DNA from: Octopus vulgaris
Taxonomy: Eukaryota
DNA length: 64,000 bases
NCBI GenBank assembly: GCA_951406725.2
Contig: OX597823.1
Location: forward strand, 3,224,001-3,288,000
Direction of reading: 5' to 3'
The notes under the pieces were generated by a model. The model was given only the letters and a program-made list of their open reading frames with translations, did no database searches and was not told where the DNA came from. Position 1 is the stretch's first letter. Every line of letters starts with the position of its first letter. The position numbers and the translations under genes are program-made. Of the stretch, positions 57,343-64,000 are shown piece by piece.

Positions 57343-59587
57343 ATTTATTTCTCATATATTCTCTCAATGTATTCCTAGAATTTGACAAATGTGAGACAAA
57401 TTGCTGTTAATTTTGGGCAAATAATGCCAAACATTTCCAATCAAGAAGGGACACTTGATATAAAAGGTTTTGTATATTAATAAGTCTTTCTTTTCCTATT
57501 GGGGTCTGTTTGTTCTGTGCTTCCCTCTAAATTAATTAGTTGGTGGATTGTTAATTGGACAACAGAATATCATGGTTGATGTTTTTAATTTGTTTCTATA
57601 ATTAAAACTAGCGCAACTTGATGTCACTGTTGCTTGACCTGCTTAATGTAGCAACCAAATCATCTTCAGTTAATTTCTTACTGTGTTTTTAAAATGGGGA
57701 CCATATGTTTTTTTCTGTCCTACATTTTGGGACACTCTACTCGAAGATGTGGTGGCCAGGATTGGAAGCACTAGTTAAATGCTTTTATCTTGTTGGCTAT
57801 CTAGTAGCAAGTATATTGTTAATGAAATAAAGTTTGGTTTAATCATTTTATCATTTCATCCTTGGTGAGGCAGTGTTTCTGTTGGAAGAGGACAACAAAT
57901 TTTGCTGGTGAAGAATTTCAGATTCTGTTGTAGTTTTTACCATTATTCTTGAACATGATAGTTCTGTTTTTGAATTAGTGTTGTGTGTGTGGGGGCAGAT
58001 GGAAAGGGCCAGCCTTGAAAGCTATGCTATTCAGTATAATAATAATATGCAGAACAGGATTGCAGGGGTTTGAAGAAAATGTGAACATGTCCAGAGCCAA
58101 CTCCCTGCTTTCAGTCCCAACAGACCCACCAGTGCCTGCAGCACACATCGGACTGATTGGCCACAAATGGACATACCCTGCTACATCTTCTCCCATGTGA
58201 TGTCCTTGGTCATTGTTGACAACTAATAATAATAATAATAATAATAATAATCAGTATATGATTGAGTCCCATTTGAATCTCATCCTGATCAACTTTTGTC
58301 TATCTCGATTTGATTAATAAGAAGGACCGATAAAATAAAAGTGTGAAACAGTTGGACTTTTAGGAGAAGAAAAGGACCTTGTGGGAATGATGGAAATGGC
58401 CGAGTTAGCAGAACATGAAACTGAATGGTATTTTAGATTCGTCTCACTCTAGTTGCCAATACAACAGCTCCCTATATGAATAATCACTCTTTGTTCTAAT
58501 GTTATCACTAATATTCTGGGGTTGATTTAATCAACTGTTCTTTTTCCTTACAAATATTGATCTTACTTCTACTTAATGAATATTTTCTTTTCATGTAAGC
58601 CACTCCCAACCTAGAATGATAAGACCTCATGTTCTGACCATTTGTTCACCAAACACCGCAACCTGTGGGCCTGAATCTTTAGGCCTGGTCTTATAATTCT
58701 TAGTCTTTGCATCACTCAACAGAAGTGAAAAGACCCCTGCTCTTCTCTCACCATTCTTTGTGCCAGTGTTTCCTTTCTTGCCATCAAACTACTTAGTGCT
58801 GATTGTTAAGTGTTCTTTTTCAGAAACCCTTGCCAAAAACTAGTAGTTCTTTCTGTAGTCATCACAATAACTGAATCTTCCGTCCACAATCCAAACTCTA
58901 TGTCTTGGACTCAGGGTGTTTCACTTTTTTACTTTTAAATTCTGCTTAAAGTAACCCCATTGCTCCCTGTATATTGGAAAATTCACCAGTTAATTTTATG
59001 ACTTGTAACAAATATAGATGCTTAGTGTTAGTGCAGCTGGCTTGGGGTTTCTGGCACAGATTTCAAGTTTATCTTCAGATAAACCAATCCATGTTTCCAA
59101 CAGTGAAATAACTTTAGTCAAACTTTCCTTCACATTTGGCTTTGAACATTTGAGACAGGGTGCTTGATCCCTTGTGACCCTTTTCATCTGATTGAGAAGG
59201 CAGGATATGAAGATCAATCTCAACAGATGATGCTGTTGTTGACCAAGATCTGTGGGTCTTTAGAACTTATTGATTTAAGCTGAATGATCTAATGTTGATT
59301 AATGTTTGGTATCACTGCTAACATATAGAAACATCACAAGAGGAATAAATGTGTGTTGTGTTGTTTGAGGCTGTCTGATTTATTTCTTGAACATTACTTG
59401 GGTGTGGGGTGGGTGGGGGAATAAACATATTCATTTCTGATGAGCTGATCCAGGCTAAATCTAATATTAATGATTTTTTTCTGAAGAGATGTCTTGGAGT
59501 CAACTGATCTCTGAATATAGTTATATCTGTATCTATCTATCTATCTATCTATACACACACACACACACGTTTCATGGTATATTGATT

Positions 59588-59780
59588 TACATCTGGCAGT
59601 GATCTCTTCTACATCTATTGGTAATCTCTGTTGTACATCTGGCAGTGATCTCTGTTCTATGTCTGGTGATGTTCTCTCTTCTACATCTGTCAGTGATCTC
59701 TCCCTTCCAGATCTGTCAGTGTTCCCTATTATACATCCTGTGCTGATCTTTGCTCCACATCTTTAGGTGATCTTTCTTCT
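59588..59780. repeat. Degenerate minisatellite, core TACATCTGGCAGTGATCTCT
   Basis: About 7 imperfect units of 20-30 bp. Confidence 0.75.
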
Positions 59781-60388
59781 TCACCTAGTTAATGTTTTTA
59801 ATTAAACACCTGATGATAGTTTGTATTCTCAGTTCTTTAGCTGTGGAAGTTCTCTCACCTGTTGAAAAAAAATCTCATTACAACTGCCAACCTAGTGAAC
59901 AGTGATTACAGTATCATGATTGCAGGTACCAACCAGTATTTATCATTTATAGGGTTTCATTATATGAATAAACTGGTCAGCTATTGTACCTGTGTTTGTC
60001 AGATCTCAGAATTAACTGAGTGACGTATGTTCTTAGTTTTTACTTCTCCAAAAACAATCATTGATTCTCCTTCTTATGAGAGCATTTATCTCGACAAAAA
60101 GAAAAAAAATTACTTTTCTTGATTCTCGGTGTTAAAAATATATTTTCACCTTAACAAAGCTTCTTACTTATTTATCCTCTTCACTTACCTTATCTCCTTT
60201 GATTGTGAGATGCACCAACATATTCCATGTTCTGTTGATGGAAGTTCCGTCTGTGACATTTTGGGTCAACTTCTTTTCTCTCTCGTTTCAATTTTGCCTT
60301 ATCTATCAGTGTGGAATGTTCTTTTCACCTCCATCATTCTTTATCTCCTCTTCCCCTCCCTCTCTACGTTTACTTATTGCCATACCTG

Positions 60389-60419
<31 letters not shown>

Positions 60420-61180
60420 CTGGGGACAATGTGCTTGTGCAGTTTGAACATAGTTTAATCACCATGACAACTGATGAATTTTTAATGGTTGATACAATTC
60501 AAACATCCTGCCAACCATCGGCCAAAACTGACCAAAGAATGTGTTGACCTTGCAACAAATCAATGACAAGCCACAGCAACAAACTGCATCTTCATATCTC
60601 TCATAATTTCAATATTGTCCTCCTGTTTAGCATTTAAACCGGCCATTTCATGCCTAAATATTCTCTCTGTTTTATGTTTAAAGTGACCAGATCTGATCTC
60701 TCACACCTAACCTACAATGTCATTGTAAAATGAATAATCTTATCAAAGCTACAAGATAATGCATCTAACAGAACAATCTGGATGCTAAAGGGCCAAGTCT
60801 CTTGTGATTTGAGTTTGCATAAATGATATTTTAACCCCTCTGCTTCTTCTGTTTCATCTCCCTATGTTCTCAGATCAAATCCTGCCTGGGTCAACTTTAC
60901 CTTTCATTCCTCCACAGATGATAAATAAGTACCTGTAATACACTGAGAGGAATTCAGTCCTCTCTACCTTCCTCCTCCAGAAATATCATTAGACCTGTGT
61001 TGAGTTTTTAAAATCAAAAGTTGATATATTCATACTTCCTTTCTCCAATTGTATTTTTCTGCTCACCAAATTTGTATTTTTGAAGAATTTACAAAAAAGA
61101 AGAAAAAAGGAGCAATCTCCCCAAAACCCAGTCCCATTCATTGATTTTGTACGACGAAGAATGATTCTGAAGAGGTTTTG

Positions 61181-61560
61181 TAGGCATGGCTGTGTGCCAA
61201 GAGGTTTACTTCTTAACCCACATGGTTCTAGGTTCAGTCCCACTGTGTGGCACCATGGACAAATGTCTTCTATTACAGCCTTGAGCTGAGCTAAGCCATG
61301 TGAGTGGATTTGGTTGATGGAAACTGAAAGAAGCCCATCATATATGTACTTGTGTGTGTGTCTTTGTGTCTGTTTCTCATCACTGCTTGACAACTGGTGT
61401 CAAGTGTTTAATCCTTAAAACTTAGTGGTTCGGCAAACGAGATTGATAGAATAGTATCAGTTTTAAAAAAATAGGTATTCAGGTCAATTCATTTGACCCA
61501 AAATTCTTCAAGATGGTGCCCCAGTATGGCCAAAGTCTAAATGCTGAAACAAGCAAAAAA
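61181..61560 (+). mobile_element. SINE family 1
   Basis: GGCATGGCTGTGTG...GGTTCAGTCCCACTG...GAAACAAGCAAAA. Confidence 0.8.
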
Positions 61561-63274
61561 CAGAAGGTAGAAGATATTGGTGTGAAGACGAATCTGCAGA
61601 CAGTAGCATCTTCTTTGTCCCCTTAATACAAAGAAGAAGGACACCAGTGATACTCACCCATGGTTTCCTACTAGTCTGCAGTTATTGCAGGCATTTGTTT
61701 GGGTTGAGTGGGGGGAGGGGAGGGTGGCAGACTCATTTCTTGGAAGTTATAACTTTTAGCTTCTTTAGGGCTCTAATTATAATTAAACCTTGTTGGATTC
61801 TGTTATAGAATGAAGCTAATTAATTTGATAAGGATGACATATGTCAAAGCCATTGTTTATAATTAGAAGAATGTGAAAAACAAGAAGAAGAACAACCACC
61901 ACCACCAAATAGAGACGTTTCTGTAGAATTGGCCAGCCTTGTACAATCAGCAGTTGTGACCTTTAGTCAAAAATAGAGAAGTTCTGCAGAAGTGGATATA
62001 AATTTAATATCAAAAGTAGATAAGTTATACGTTCTGTAAACTTGGGATCCCCATCATATGACAGGTCCTAAACTTTTAATCTACATGGTAACAAAAATGA
62101 GTGACAGAATTCTTATAGCTGGGATGTGTGTGAAGTTGGAACATCCACTGCAATGGATGCAAATAAGCACAATGGCGAAGTGTACGGAGGGAAGAAATGA
62201 TATAAAATGCATCTTGCATTTCTTATACTTTTTCCTATAAGTGTGTGTGTGTGTGTGTGTGTGTGTAATCCAGCTGAATAGGAAAGTTCAGGTCGGAGAT
62301 AATTAGAGAATCTTTTTGAGTGGTCTATTTGAGAACTGTAGCTATAAGATTGTATAACAGTACCCTGTCTTGTTGGCTATTTATTTGTTTTAGCATGACT
62401 GAAGACTTCATCTTCACAAATGAATTTACTTAATAAGTCTTAATCTCCCCAATCACATCAAATTTGTTCAAAAATGTATAAAGAAGATAACAAAATGATG
62501 GGTTAACACTTTGAGCTGGGGTTGGATTTTCTGTCGAAGACCTTGGAGTAGAGAAATAGATTAAAGACTGACATGGAACCTAGCATAAAAGGAAATATTG
62601 ATAATGTCTAAAATATTAGTGAAGTAGAGATGAAAGCCTTGAGTTGTTTGTATAAAATCTCAGATATTTCTATTGTTGGGTGATGGTCAATGCAATGAAA
62701 ACTTGTGTATAACAACAGTTGGTATTTTAGTCATTGCTTTCTAGTTTGGGCAAGGAATTTTTCTCAAAAAACTTATTCCCATAATTCTTTCATATCTGTA
62801 AATGACATTAAATCATCATTAGTTCACATGGTTATATGGAATGGCAGGCAGAGAGTTAGGTTTTCTGATTTTCATGTTTGACATTTGAGGACTTTGGTCT
62901 CCAATTATTCAAAATTACTAACAATAACACTAAAAAGATTGATACAAAGAGGGTAGGTATGACTAATCCAAAAGTGACCCTCCAGTCTATCTAACCCCTA
63001 AACAACAATTCTCTTTACATTTATTCTCCACTCCATATATTTATATTTTTAATGCTTTTTATATTCTTCATATGACAATACTGTTCTCTCTCTCTTCATT
63101 ACACTCTAACTTGCCCTCCTTTCTTTTTCAACTGAAGTAGGTGTCTTGCTAGAGACACCTATCTCTGTACCTCTAGTCTCCTATCAATTGGCACAGCGCC
63201 ACTACCCCCTCTACTACTCGCTCCTCCCAGCTGAGGGGGACCATGTCTTAAAAGTTATTTGGTAACCCAGTCAG

Positions 63275-63482
63275 TGCTGATGCCACACAAAAGGCACTGG
63301 GGCAGGGCCCACATAGAAAGCACCTGGCACACTGTGTAAAGTGGTTGGTGTTAGGAAGGGCATCCAGCTGTAGAAACCATACCAAAACAGACAAATGGAG
63401 CCTGGTGTGGTTCTTGGCCTTACCAGCTCCTGTCCAACCCATGCCAGCATGGAAAAACAGACGTTAAACAATGAAGATGATA
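63275..63482 (+). mobile_element. RTE 3'-tail copy (older subfamily)
   Basis: GGTGTTAGGAAGGGCATCCAGCTGTAGAAACC...CCAACCCATGCCAGCATGGAAAA. Confidence 0.8.
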
Positions 63483-63586
63483 TGTATGTATATATCCTAC
63501 TCTCACTCATCCTATACTTTCTACTTTTTTAATATAAACTCATGTTAAAGTAAACCAAACAGCTTCATTACAAAACAAATGCTTGT

Positions 63587-63622
<36 letters not shown>

Positions 63623-63819
63623 CTATCTTAATGTCCAATTCAATAACAGTGAATGTATTTAACATGAATGATTGTTGCAAGTAGTGAATCAAAAAACTAC
63701 TTGAGATGAGTTTTTTTTTTTCTCCATGTCATCTCAAACGACAATGATTTGTCCTCAGTCTTTTGGTCATCTATAATCAATGTGGCCTCTCTCTTAAAGA
63801 CAATGATTATTGTTATTAT

Positions 63820-64000
63820 TAAAGAGGCAAGCTGGCAGAATCATTAGCATACTGGTTAAGATGCTTAGCAGCATTTTTTCCAGTTTTTTAGGTGTTAGGT
63901 TCAAATCCCACCAAAGGTTGGTTTTGCTTTTTGTCCTTTTGGGGTTGTCAATAAAATCAGCACCAGCTGAGTAATGGGGTCGATATAATTGGATCTGTCC
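63820..64000 (+). mobile_element. SINE family 3 (runs off the window end)
   Basis: GGCAAGCTGGCAGAATCATTAGCA head, preceded by an ATT-rich tract. Confidence 0.75.

Noticed and set aside
58996-59223. ORF with ISLLETWI, resembling a LINE AP-endonuclease motif
   Set aside because: One short motif with no other recognisable endonuclease or RT motifs nearby; too weak to call.
59437-59462. CTGATGA-GCTGATCCAGGC-TAAA hammerhead-like string (also CTGATGA near 27058, 59811, 60472)
   Set aside because: No GAAA and no convincing stems I/III; expected by chance.

Overview
AT-rich, repeat-dense eukaryotic (animal) genomic DNA. The SINE/LINE content and (TA)n/(CA)n load look like an octopus (coleoid cephalopod) genome; that assignment is inference from recalled repeat families. 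The window holds one host gene on the + strand: a TGF-beta/activin type I receptor Ser/Thr kinase of the ALK4/5/7 (TGFBR1/baboon) group. I could assemble nine GT-AG coding exons in frame (18277-18385, 28335-28486, 31347-31568, 34132-34362, 38032-38199, 41165-41248, 44723-44920, 46325-46464, 47579-47704; 1430 nt, about 476 aa). They encode a 10-Cys ectodomain, TM helix, GS box and complete kinase. The signal-peptide exon was not confidently located. Most of the rest is transposon-derived: a full-length mellifera-type mariner with an open ORF but a D-to-N catalytic change, three more mariner relics, CR1, RTE (one with an embedded PHD finger) and Tx1/L1-like LINE fragments, many RTE 3'-tail copies, three tRNA-type SINE families, hAT and piggyBac-like MITEs, Helitron/Helentron-like elements, and Penelope-like foldbacks with degenerate hammerhead-like cores. 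I found no prokaryotic system and no clearly new biological system. The most interesting items are receptor sequence features, long hairpins next to exons, and unusual transposon architectures.
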